A stretch of 64,000 nt of DNA from Macrostomum lignano (lineage: Eukaryota). Of this stretch, positions 40,501 to 50,816 are shown in pieces; position 1 is the stretch's first letter, and each line of letters starts with the position of its first letter. The stretch spans positions 35,843-99,842 of the forward strand of contig NIVC01000705.1 in the NCBI GenBank assembly GCA_002269645.1, given 5' to 3'. The translations under genes and the position numbers were made by a program. The notes under the pieces are model-generated. The model was not told where the DNA came from. It was given only the letters and a program-made list of their open reading frames with translations, and searched no databases.

Positions 40501-40728
40501 GTATGGCTGCAGAACTTCCTCGGGCACACCAGCGACCCGGAGGAATCGCAGGAGACGAGCGAATCGAAAAATCCGCTTCGAGACGAAAGGTCGCCAGCGC
40601 TTCCAGATAGACGGAGAAGTCGTTGGGAAGCGATTATTCTAAAAATATTTTTAGCATTGATACTACTAATAGCGACGCTAATAAACATCTTGTTGTCCGT
40701 TCTGCCGCCGAAACTGACGGATCTTTGA
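31590..40728 (+). CDS. SLC5A3: Sodium:solute symporter, sodium/myo-inositol cotransporter (SMIT1-like), 14 coding exons, ~685 aa
   Basis: Phase-consistent exons: 31590-31682, 32482-32553, 32646-32750, 33433-33492, 35328-35432, 35534-35639, 36265-36345, 36554-36786, 37010-37145, 37719-37826, 37892-38042, 38705-38873, 39565-39913, 40439-40728. Motifs [56 protein letters not shown] and [15 protein letters not shown] are characteristic of SLC5A, and GQTPAS of the SLC5A3 type. The exon 13/14 junction is less certain. Confidence 0.93.
32061..32403 (+). mobile_element. SINE family A copy, SLC5 intron 1
   Basis: B-box ggttcgattcc, CORE-like body, (TTA)n tail. Confidence 0.85.
34515..35268 (+). repeat. 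~21-bp minisatellite (atcagtcacgctaaattaggt), interrupted by a ~109-bp insert, SLC5 intron 4
   Basis: Seen directly; insert at 34672-34780. Confidence 0.92.
35963..36240 (+). mobile_element. SINE family A copy with the best-preserved tRNA head, SLC5 intron 6
   Basis: gtagcctagtggttagagcgtcggattcacgactgaaaggtcgggggttcgattc (A box, CAC loop, B box), then the CORE-like body. Confidence 0.87.
37288..37535 (+). mobile_element. SINE family B copy, 5'-truncated, SLC5 intron 9
   Basis: Matches the reverse complement of 38255-38505. Confidence 0.85.
38231..38566 (-). mobile_element. SINE family B near-full copy (tRNA-Gln(CTG)-like head), SLC5 intron 11
   Basis: Reverse complement: gggccgtagcccaatggttcagcgcggcgctctgatgtgccagcggcccaggctcgattcc, followed by the shared body. 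Confidence 0.85.
39045..39545 (+). repeat. 20-bp minisatellite (actcaactcgactcaaccct), SLC5 intron 12
   Basis: Period 20; ends ~20 bp before the acceptor at 39564. Confidence 0.96.
40090..40300 (+). repeat. 25-bp tandem repeat (acagacaatcagtccctagatgcaa), ~8 copies, SLC5 intron 13
   Basis: Period 25. Confidence 0.96.
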
Positions 40729-41027
40729 AGGAAAATCTGATTAAGGAACTGCTAACAGAGGTAGACAGCTGAATGCAAGCTAACAAAGATAAGAGGGATC
40801 TTTGCGTTCAGTGATGATTACAAACGACAAGTTTCCTATTGTCAACATTTATATCTTAATTAAAATTTGCTATTCATTAATCAGGTCAAGAAATTGTGCT
40901 TTGACTGATGATATAGATTTGTCATTTCTAATAAAAAAAATACATCAAGTCGCTGATTTCGTTGAAAAGGATAAGGTCAGGTCCATTATTAAGGCCCACA
41001 TTCTAGAGCTTTTAAGTTGACATAAAA

Positions 41028-41188
41028 TCCTATATCCTAAAAATGAGTTGTTTGTATGTAGCTATGCGATAGATTTCAGAAAAAAACGGCTCAACCGATT
41101 TTCTTCAAACTTGCACCATTCGATCAGAAATTTCAATCTAATTCCTTGTGACCCCACATGAGAGAGCTAGATGTCTCGGCGTTTCTAG
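41028..41188 (+). mobile_element. Putative short non-autonomous Helitron-like element
   Basis: A|TC start and CTAG|T end; internal aaaacggctcaaccgattttcttcaaacttgcacc resembles non-autonomous Helitron 5' cores; a related segment occurs at ~51985-52020. The 3' hairpin is weak. Confidence 0.4.
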
Positions 41189-41764
41189 TCGTCTTGGCCG
41201 ACCAGGTACGGTCTGGTCCGGAGCCCATCAAACTTCGGGCTCCGTTCTGGCGCTTAATTTGACATCCCCGTCGCAACTGCTTTTATGAACCTACCAAATA
41301 TAAGCTTGATTCGCTAATATATTTTTGAAAAAAAAGAGATTAAATTAAAGTACAACACTTCTACCGAGCTAAAAATACTTTTGGTTTGCCTTCAAGCACA
41401 TCAATATTCAATGAGACAAAGACTTAACTTTCTTTGAGAGCAGAAATCCGGGACGAGCTCAAGTTAAAAGCTTTGTCGTTTTAAAAGATAAAGATAGAAA
41501 AAGCAATTTCCGAAATCCGATGACTGATACCTGGCTGGTGGGAAAACTGTTTGAAGTAAATCGCTACTATTTAATGAAATGAGCCCATTGGGCTGTGTCA
41601 GTCTCTCAGATTCTGAGTGATCTGAGCCGCTTTGTGATTGTGCCTAAATTCTGAGGGCCACATTGCTAGCAATTCGAACCATCGTTTACCAATACATGTA
41701 AAACTCTGTAATAATCATGTAAAGATTAGCGACTGCTTCCTAAAGGCCCGCACTTTTTTTGAAA

Positions 41765-42403
41765 GCCACCCCCGCATCTAGATGGCGCCGGGTGCTGTTC
41801 GCCGCCTCTCCTTTGATATAAATATCCAGAGGAGGGCACTGAGGAAGGCATTCATACCTTTAAAAGGAGCAGAGGGTGGAGCGCCCATACTCGTAGTCAT
41901 GCGGCAAGTTCTGCCCTGGATTTGTAGAGAGCGTCGAGGTTGCCCTTGACGCTCAGACCACTGGCCCACATGAGGTTGGGGTAACTGATCGAGGGGCGGA
42001 TAATGGCAGTGTAGATCCACCACAGCTTCCTGGGGGTGAGCCCCCAGGTGGTGCCCACGGCGCGCCTGATCTGAGCGAGGACAGACGGGGCTTTTTCAGC
42101 TTTAGTTTGGATGTGCGGAGTCCAGTTAAGCTTGTGTTCCAGAGTGAGGCCCGGGCAGCAGACCTGCTTCTCCATAGAAATGCGTCCTTTCCATAGAGGG
42201 CGAGGGGCTTCATGGTCCAGAGCAGTTTGTTGGTAAACATGACCGCTGTGATTTTCGACTCTGAGAGTCTGAGGTCACAATGGCTTGCTCAACGCTCCGC
42301 TCGTCCCAGGAAACCCTGCAGAAGATCTCTGATGGTACCGACCGAAGGGCCCGCACATATTGCGGTCACGTCATCGGCATAGCCCACCTTTTTGGCTTGC
42401 AAC
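41765..42403 (-). mobile_element. Degenerate non-LTR retrotransposon RT fragment (R1/LOA-like)
   Basis: KVGYADDVTAIC...LTLEHKLNWTPHIQTKAEKA...RAVGTTWGLTPRKLWWIYTAIIRPSISY, with a stop codon and frameshifts. Confidence 0.88.
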
Positions 42404-42404
42404 T

Positions 42405-43250
42405 AGGTCTTGAATGAGTTTGTGTTGACTTACAAGCGCCAGAATAGGAAAGGAATTGATACACCCTCCTACGCCAATATTTTTGTGTCTGCACGGGAGT
42501 CAAAAGCTTTAGGAGCCGCTTCCTTTGCTCCTCTTATCTACGAACGCTACATTTGACAATATCTATATATGGCTTTTTAGGTACTGAGTCAGCTAAAAGA
42601 ACTAAACAGCCACCTGAATCCACTTCCGGGACAGCTGTGTATCGCTTCCTCAAAAGAATTGAATACAAAGAGGCTAACTTGCTCTATCTACTTCAAACCC
42701 AGCAACTCTCGCTGACTGCTAAACTCGATCTATTTTTATCCCAAACACCTTTAAATCACCTATTATCAAATCCTAATTCCTTTGCTATGCTCACCGCTGC
42801 AGTTTTAAAGAGGACTTACTTTATTTAGGTCAACAAGGCAGCAATCAATACTGGACATTCTGAAGCGACAGGAGTGTTCAGTCTCCATACTATCCAAGGA
42901 CCGCTTACCTCCTGTCCTCACAAAATTGGAATACTGGACGGACTGTCGAAGGTAATTTGGATTCATTTTCCGTGAAAATCAGCGCTCTGTAGGCCTGTAG
43001 CAATGGATCTATCAGTCCTGTAATATAGACAGCTTGGTCGGGTATGGTTGAAATGGTCTACTGTATCCGCTAAAATGTCCGCTGCAACTGTGGAGACACT
43101 GCATCTGCGGTATTTCTTATGAGGCTTGCAACGACTTCTGCGTCATTGGGCACAGGATGCACAGGTCCACTTGAGCGACATCTCAGATTGTGCAAAGACA
43201 CGACTGTATATAGATGTTTGCACTCAGTCAACCTTCCTTCGTTTCATGTG
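42405..43250. mobile_element. Possible further degenerate retroelement fragments
   Basis: Protein-like broken frames on + (AVYRFLKRIEYK) and on - (KWTCASC); no diagnostic motif. Confidence 0.25.
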
Positions 43251-43263
43251 ACTGTGGTGTCTA

Positions 43264-44014
43264 AGTATTAAATGCAAAGTAGGAAAGGAGCCTAGTGGGG
43301 AGAGAGAGGGAGAGAGGGAGAGAGAGAGAGAGCCTCCAATCCCGAGGGCGCTGACACGGCAAAGCAACAAGACAAACAAAAAAATTTAAAAGAGTTAGTT
43401 GCCGATATTTCTCATACGAAATTCTTCGTCAGGGCAAAAATGAATATAATTATTAAGGTGAGAAACTGACAAATAAATATAAGAGAAAAGTGGGGGAGAG
43501 GTCGCGCATGTGCATACTGTATGTACATCAACTATGAGTCAAGACTCTAAATTCCAAAACCGGTTGGCTAAAGCGAGATTGCGCAATACAGTGGGCCCAG
43601 ATGGCCTTCGAAGGTTAAATGAATGAAAACAAATAATAAAGAGCAAAATGAAGGGAGTCAACACAGAATAAAAAAAGTTAATAAGTAAATAAATAAATAA
43701 ATAAGTAGAGTGAAAGTGCACCATGTACGGTGTCACTTAACTGGCAGAAGCTGGTTCGAGCTGGTTGTGGCAGAGCAGATCCCGAAGGCTCCTCTCTTTA
43801 GTGAAGGCCGGCAGTACAGGGGCACCGTCGTCCCTCACCGTCCCTCACCTTGGCAACCAGGGTGTCTGACCCAGCGCAGTGCGGCACGATCAGTGGGATC
43901 ACCGGATTGTGCAGCACCCCAGTCAGCTCGTTGGCGCCATGTGGGACCAGAGTCTTCAGGACCGCGATGAGTATTAAATGCAAAGTAGGTAGGAAAGGAG
44001 CCTAGTGGAGAGAG

Positions 44015-44069
<55 letters not shown>

Positions 44070-44116
44070 GAGAGAGAGAGAGAGGAGGGCATCTCCAATC
44101 CCAGGCACTGACACGG
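43264..44116 (-). repeat. Two related direct repeats (43264-43359 and 43970-44116), each with a GA microsatellite; LTR-like
   Basis: Both share agtattaaatgcaaagtagg...aaaggagcctagtgg...(GA)n...ctccaatccc...ctgacacgg; PBS-like TGGCGCCAACG at 43939-43929 on the minus strand. Confidence 0.6.
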
Positions 44117-45449
44117 TATTTCTTCGTCATTGGCAAAATGGGCACATCTTAGACCATGTACACGCGTTGAGCACAGTGGTATTGATCACCAAATCGCGAT
44201 CTTTTAATCTCTACGCGATTCATATCCTACGATTGATGTACGTAAGGCGACGAAAAAATATGTACAGGCCGTGTGATCATGCAAAAACTTGCCTAATTTT
44301 GAACGAGCAGTGTGAATGAGCCTTTAAAGATATTCTCTGTCCCTCTAGACTGCCAGCTATAATCGATGACCAACATGACCAAACGCAGATCAGATTAACT
44401 CACTAGCTACTGGGCCCAATATATGTGCCAACCTATTTGCAACCGGTAATCTGAAATATTGAATACATTGAAAACAAAAGATTCCGATAACGTACCGGAC
44501 CAGTCGGCTCTTTTTTGACGTTAAGTTTGTGATGTTCGTGACATAAAGAGTTTAAAACAGACATCGTAATGTGAGCTTTGAATCACGCGAATAGCATTTT
44601 TTCGGTGCTCAGAAACGGAGCAATGCAGGCTCACGAAATTCAAGTACACTGGCAAAGTTTTAATTACCTTCTGAAACAACAATCAAGTCGCCAGCCCTCC
44701 GGACCGTCGAGATATTCAACGATTCTGCCACAAGGTCGGATTGTTAACTAAGCGATGGTGTATCCAACACACTCCTGTGCGCCAATCAGCACTGCGCCTC
44801 AGTGCGGCCTTTCCCAGCCTCCAAACTTCATCAGCAAGTCGACCCAAGGGGCCTGCATCAGCTCTGACTTTGTTTCTCACTGGCCTTCACCCAGGCTTAG
44901 CTTCTGAACATTCAAAAGGTGGCAGCAGGTGACTATGCACCACCCCCCGTTGCGAATTTCTCGAGTTTCGCTGATCAAGCCTCGACAGTGGGTGCAACCT
45001 CAACTGCTGGATATCCTCAGCTGGTGTCTCAAGCATTCTGTCATCACCCCGTCGCCATCGACACCTTCAACAGATAAGGGGACTAATTATTATAAACATA
45101 ACGAAACACATCAACTAAAACAGCAGTCTTAGCTGCCGATTTAGTATTCGCCATAGACTATAAATCGGCTCTCACTGCGAGAAAATGCATTGATTTTATA
45201 GGGACTGTTTCTGGCAGTTTTTACAGGCAGATTTTATGGGTAAACATTCCATAGATGAGCTCAGCCTAACCCTAAAAATTGCTATTAAACCAAGTTGAAT
45301 TAAAATTACCAAACAGTTTCTTTTAAATCGTAACTGACTAGCAAATATTTTAAGTCAGCTTTAGTATAAGTGACTTCGAATAAGCCCGCTTCGAGGGAGA
45401 CAGGCTTTGTACAGGCTTGTTGTCGAGATACTGTAAAAAGTTCCGACCT

Positions 45450-47090
45450 CCGGTTTGTCACTGACTTGAACGTAGCGGCCATTAAGGATTTCTTCTCGCA
45501 CCTGCTGCTCGACCAGCTGCCGGTAACTGTTAACTGATAGGTAGTTCTGAATTTCTGACATAGTTGAGGCTCTTTCTGACGGGTCAGGGCAGGTGAGTTG
45601 GAAGCCGTTGCGGATGCCATTCAGCAGGAATTCGCGGTCAGGATCGTCAGTCAGCTCAGTTTCCCAGGCGGCTGTGGCGAGGTCGGATGAGAAAGCGACG
45701 GACTCGAGGGGCTTGGGACAGGGCCAGCCGGGGGCAGCGGGGGTTCGACTTTGGCTTCCGCCGGGGCAGCTGCGCTGCCAGTTGAGCCCCCCGGCCGGCC
45801 ACGATCTAGTTTTTTGAAGTGCAGAACTGGCGTGGGTGCGCTTCGTAGCAGGCGGAGCAGACGTGCGTGAACTTGCAGTCGCGCCGTAGGCAGCCGTTGC
45901 GGTTGAACTTCACGCACAGCTCCCGCTCCTCAGGATCGATCGGGCCGACGAAGCCGGACAGCTGCTGCTTTGGCCTACTGGGCTTGAAGTTGGTGCGCTG
46001 GGAGATCGCGTTTCCGCCCTGCATGATTTGACTTTGGTGCCAGAATGTGCTTGAATAGCAGCTGCAGCGACCACCGCTCCCAGCTGCCGCTCGACTGATG
46101 TTGCAGGATCCTGAAGTCTTCATCGTAACAGTTGAGGGCGGCCTGACTGAAACCCTGGTGCATAAACTCGCCGAACTGCACACAGTAGCGAACGTAGGCC
46201 TTCAGCTGTTCAAGATCCACCGCGCCATCCTTAACGGTGACCAAGGACCCCTCGTCGAGGAGTTTCAGCAGGATTCGGTTGCTGCCTGCTACCCACTGAC
46301 CCGCCGAGATCTGCTCAGTCCGGACTCTGGACCTCTCGCCAGAGGCAGGCTCCTCGCCATCACGGTTGATAAAGTCCTTCACCAGAAGGGGCTTTGACGG
46401 TCCCGACGGCCTGGCAGAAGTGCTGTAGAGGCCTTGAAGGCCCAGGTCTGGCAGTCCCAGCTCCGGCTCATAGGCAGCAGGGGACCGGTCAATCGGCAAG
46501 GGGCTCCGCAACTTACGGCTCTGTTGGCCAGGCTTGTTCTCCAGCTCAGCCTCGATCTCAGCAGTCTGGCGTTGAAGATTCCTCAGCCGAAGCAGCTTCT
46601 CCTGACGGGCGATCCTCTGGTCCAGATCGTCGGTGCCCTGCGGGGCGCCAGCCTCGTCCAGGGTCGCTTCCTCATCGTCGTCGCTGCTGCTGGTGCTGAC
46701 TCGGTCGATTTCGCTCGAGTGAGTGGCTGTTGGCCGTCTACGTTGGTTGGCTTGATTTGAGAAACTGGCTTGTTCCAGTCTGACTTGCAACTCTCGCTTG
46801 CGACCGCCACTGGGCAGTCCCAGTTGGCGTAGACGGTCTCTAAGCTGCCTTGCAGTCATTTGGTCAATTGAAATCTCGGCCATTGCAGTTGCAGCCTAGG
46901 CAGCACTCACCCACTCCGTACGATAAAAAAAATTCATGCAGCGCGAGAAAGGTGAGGCAGGCTGATTAAAACCTAGGTGACATAAACCTCACGGCGGAGG
47001 GGTGCAGTGCAGAGGGGGGTTGACTTGGGGTGGGTGTTTACAACCAATCAGCAAACGCCGATTGGACACCACATATCCTATACCCCGGTA
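45450..47090 (-). mobile_element. Truncated Ngaro/DIRS-type tyrosine-recombinase retrotransposon (gag plus start of RT)
   Basis: gag 46883-45806 with one frameshift near 46000-46040: SAP-like N-terminus and C-terminal CVKFNRNGCLRRDCKFTHVCSACYEAHPRQFC. An overlapping frame gives AWETELTDDPDREFLLNGIRNGFQL...EQQVREEILNGRY, typical of the Ngaro RT N-terminus; homology stops near 45450. The 5' boundary is approximate. Confidence 0.8.
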
Positions 47091-47768
47091 ACTCTACAGC
47101 TAATGCAGTCTACATTGTGAAACAAACCTATCAAAATGAAATTGCAGCCTCAGGCCCTCGTGATCCCAATCAGATTTCCAATCCAATGAATCAAGTTGCT
47201 AAACAACAGACAGTGAACAAAACATAAACGAAGGCTGTCCCAAAAGCAGTGTTACTTTTCATTATATCTCTCGTTCTGATAATCCAAATAACATTGTTTT
47301 GCACAGATTTATAGCGGCAACTATCTTTTTCCATATTTTTTCCAACATATTTTAAAACAGACGATAGAAACAAAACTTATGCACAAAAATGTAACAGGAA
47401 CTCGAATTTCCAAATGGAGGTGCCCAGTTCGGGATTTAATATTTATACAATAGATTTGCACAAGATCATGCGTCTCTCGAACGCTCTCCAACTTTTTTTT
47501 GAAATTATGATGCAATCAGCACGCATTACTGGAGATTTCAGTTAAATAATTTTCAACTGAATCTGAATGTGAAGATATGAAACTATTGACTTCACAAATT
47601 CAAAAGTACATGCATGCAAATACAATTGCCTCTTTGCTTCAGTTTCATCTCACATTAGTCTAAGTAGATTATTAATTTGCATATTTTAAACAATAATAAT
47701 TTGCAAATTCCTGCACCCTGAAACCAGCACGACGAAACGGAGCATAAAATATCACAGAACTGGAAACA

Positions 47769-48068
<300 letters not shown>

Positions 48069-48315
48069 CATCAGCCCCCTTCTGTTGTATTAAACTTCAA
48101 GCACTAGAAAGCAATACTGCTCCATCACAATCCAATCACTTTCTCAGCCAATCAGATCAGAGGCTGCTCTGCCTCCTACATTCACTTAGGACAGCTCTGT
48201 TATTTCCTGTCTCCTTTCTCGGCGATCTGCGCTGCTTCAGCGAGCGCGCAGTTGCTAACACGGAGAGTAAAAACAACTCATTGCACCCCGACGACCAAAC
48301 TGTCAAGCCAAGCAG

Positions 48316-49446
48316 ATGGACGCCGACCTGCTTGAGAATGCTACCAATGGCATGAACTCATCCGCTCCGGCCATTGCTGGCTTCAAAGACGTTTCCATGT
48401 CGACTCAAGCGGCCATCGGACTAGTGGCAACATTCGCCACATTCGCCCTCGTGCTGAACTCGTTTCTGCTGTTCATCCTGATTCGCAGCCAGGTGCGCGA
48501 ACGCTCTGCCGGCATGCAGGTGCTCACTGTTATGGAAATACTGCTCAGTGTGGCCCTACTGTCGCTGTTCATCAGCATGATGGCGGCCAAGGACCCCGGA
48601 GCTCTGCCGCAGGAGCTCGGGCTCGGAGTTCACGCCGTTCAGATGACTCGCAACTACTGGCTGCTGGCCGTCACTCTGCACCGAATGGCCATCACGATGC
48701 GGCCTCAGCTGGCCGCCCAACGGAATGACTATTTTCGCGGCAGGCATCAGTTCTCGATTGTGTGCTTGATTGTGTGCCTCTCGACTCTGACTCTGCTCGC
48801 TAGAAGTCCCACGCTGACTGGTGCAGTGGATAAGCAAGCCAATGCAACTGCGGAGAATGCTCTCGTGGCTTATATTCGCGTCTACCTCATCAAGTCGGTG
48901 AGCTTCGCCGCTCTTGGCGTCATGCTGCCAGGCCTGGCGATTCTGGCCGCTACCGCCAAGATCGCGCACGCCCTGCGCTACCGACTGGCGCCGCACCGGG
49001 CCACCAACCGGGTGACGAAGATGGTTCTGACTCTGTCCATCGGCTTCGTGCTACTCGAGTCTCCACTGGCTATAACCTATACCGTCACCTGCGGCTACCT
49101 GTTGAACAGTTTGACACTGCCGTTGGACCAATCTGATTTTGCCAGGCTGCAGGTGCTGGAGGAGCTGGCCACCTGGGGCATGGTGTTCGTACCGGTTGAC
49201 TCCTGCCTAAACTTTCTGGTGCTCCTTTGCTACAGCCGATCGGTGCGATGGTTCCTGCGCAGCAGCATGCAGAAGTACAGGCGGCGACGGCGGTTGCGTC
49301 AGCACCGTAGCCGAAGCCGGTGCCTTCGGAAGCGTCTGGAAAAGCAGCTACGGCAGCAAGCGAAGCTGCGTCGATCGCTGCAGAAACAGCGGGAACGAGA
49401 GCTGCAGGCCGACGGGTATGCGCGCTTTGGGTCGGTTGTGACTTGA
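48316..49446 (+). CDS. Class A (rhodopsin-like) GPCR, divergent peptide-receptor type, 376 aa
   Basis: Seven hydrophobic segments; TM3 LAVTLHRMAITMRP (DRY-like), TM6 VTKMVLTLSIGFVLLESP, TM7 VDSCLNFLVL; basic C-terminal tail. A spliced form via donor 49416 to exon 50029-50092 is possible. Confidence 0.87.
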   Translation: MDADLLENATNGMNSSAPAIAGFKDVSMSTQAAIGLVATFATFALVLNSFLLFILIRSQVRERSAGMQVLTVMEILLSVALLSLFISMMAAKDPGALPQELGLGVHAVQMTRNYWLLAVTLHRMAITMRPQLAAQRNDYFRGRHQFSIVCLIVCLSTLTLLARSPTLTGAVDKQANATAENALVAYIRVYLIKSVSFAALGVMLPGLAILAATAKIAHALRYRLAPHRATNRVTKMVLTLSIGFVLLESPLAITYTVTCGYLLNSLTLPLDQSDFARLQVLEELATWGMVFVPVDSCLNFLVLLCYSRSVRWFLRSSMQKYRRRRRLRQHRSRSRCLRKRLEKQLRQQAKLRRSLQKQRERELQADGYARFGSVVT

Positions 49447-50332
49447 TTAGAGTAGGCTAATGACAATTTTCTATGGCGCCACTTTTACTAAGAATACGAA
49501 GACGCAAGATTAAGGTGTACTTGAGTGCTATAGTGCTTCTAATTAGTTCCATTGGCATCCGTCTTTAAATTGCACTAGCAAAGGAAATACACCAGTCTTT
49601 CAAATTTCTTGAGGGAATTCTCTGGTCTTCTTGGCTACAAGAAGTCTTGGACAAGACATTCATTATATTTCTTCATCCATGATGTTCTGCATACATTTTC
49701 ATATAAAAGTTAGCGTAATTGTTTTTGAAGATTTAGGGGGCTTATTATCTTATTATAAGCCCAACCTTCATCTCATTTCGTAATTTGGTACCATTTTTCA
49801 CACAAGTAACACCTGGCTTTCTTTTAGAGTTGTTGACACCTGCAGACACTTGCCGGTGACACTCGGGTCATCGGAATTACCGAGGACCAGTTTGCAAACT
49901 ATTCGCAGTGTAAAACATAATTTATAATATCAGACTAGTAGAATGCAAAGTGTTCATTTAAAGAACTTGCGAAACCAGCCTGAGTAGAATGAAAATACCT
50001 TTGGTTTTTTCTTTCATCTTATTTACAGATCGAGACAGCAGTTATCGGCTCCACCAGATGCGACCGCAAATTCTCGCAGTTTAGTGGACTAAAAGACAGT
50101 GGAGACGACCATGGTTGAAGTAAATGAGGCATAGCTAAACTAGCCATTTTTGGTGCACTCGAGCGTGTGTGTGTGACACCTGAGGATGATGTGTATATAA
50201 ACTGATGATGATACATAATGTATTTAATTTCATCCAACCACAGCGAACGGTAGGGAAGATCGTTAACTTTGCGTGGTTTATAACTTTCGTCCCAGGGTGT
50301 AGCGATCCAGGTAGTACGAGCGTATATATTTT

Positions 50333-50816
50333 CCAGGTAGTATATATCGTCCAGGTAGTATATATCGTCCAGGTAGTATATATCGTCCAGGTAGTATATA
50401 TCGTCCAGGTAGTATATATCGTCCAGGTAGTATATATCGTCCAGGTAGTATATATCGTCCAGGTAGTATATATCGTCCAGGTAGTATATATCGTCCAGGT
50501 AGTATATATCGTCCAGGTAGTATATATCGTCCAGGTAGTATATATCGTCCAGGTAGTATATATCGTCCAGGTAGTATATATCGTCCAGGTAGTATATATC
50601 GTCCAGGTAGTATATATCGTCCAGGTAGTATATATCGTCCAGGTAGTATATATCGTCCAGGTAGTATATATCGTCCAGGTAGTATATATCGTCCAGGTAG
50701 TATATATCGTCCAGGTAGTATATATCGTCCAGGTAGTATATATCGTCCAGGTAGTATATATCGTCCAGGTAGTATATATCGTCCAGGTAGTATATATCGT
50801 CCAGGTAGTATATATC
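50333..50816 (+). repeat. 18-bp tandem repeat (ccaggtagtatatatcgt), ~27 copies, in the left palindrome arm
   Basis: Perfect period 18; mirrored at 63727-64000. Confidence 0.98.

Noticed and set aside
44800-44830. Hammerhead ribozyme (CTGATGA...GAAA on the minus strand)
   Set aside because: Stem II and the flanking stems cannot be formed convincingly.
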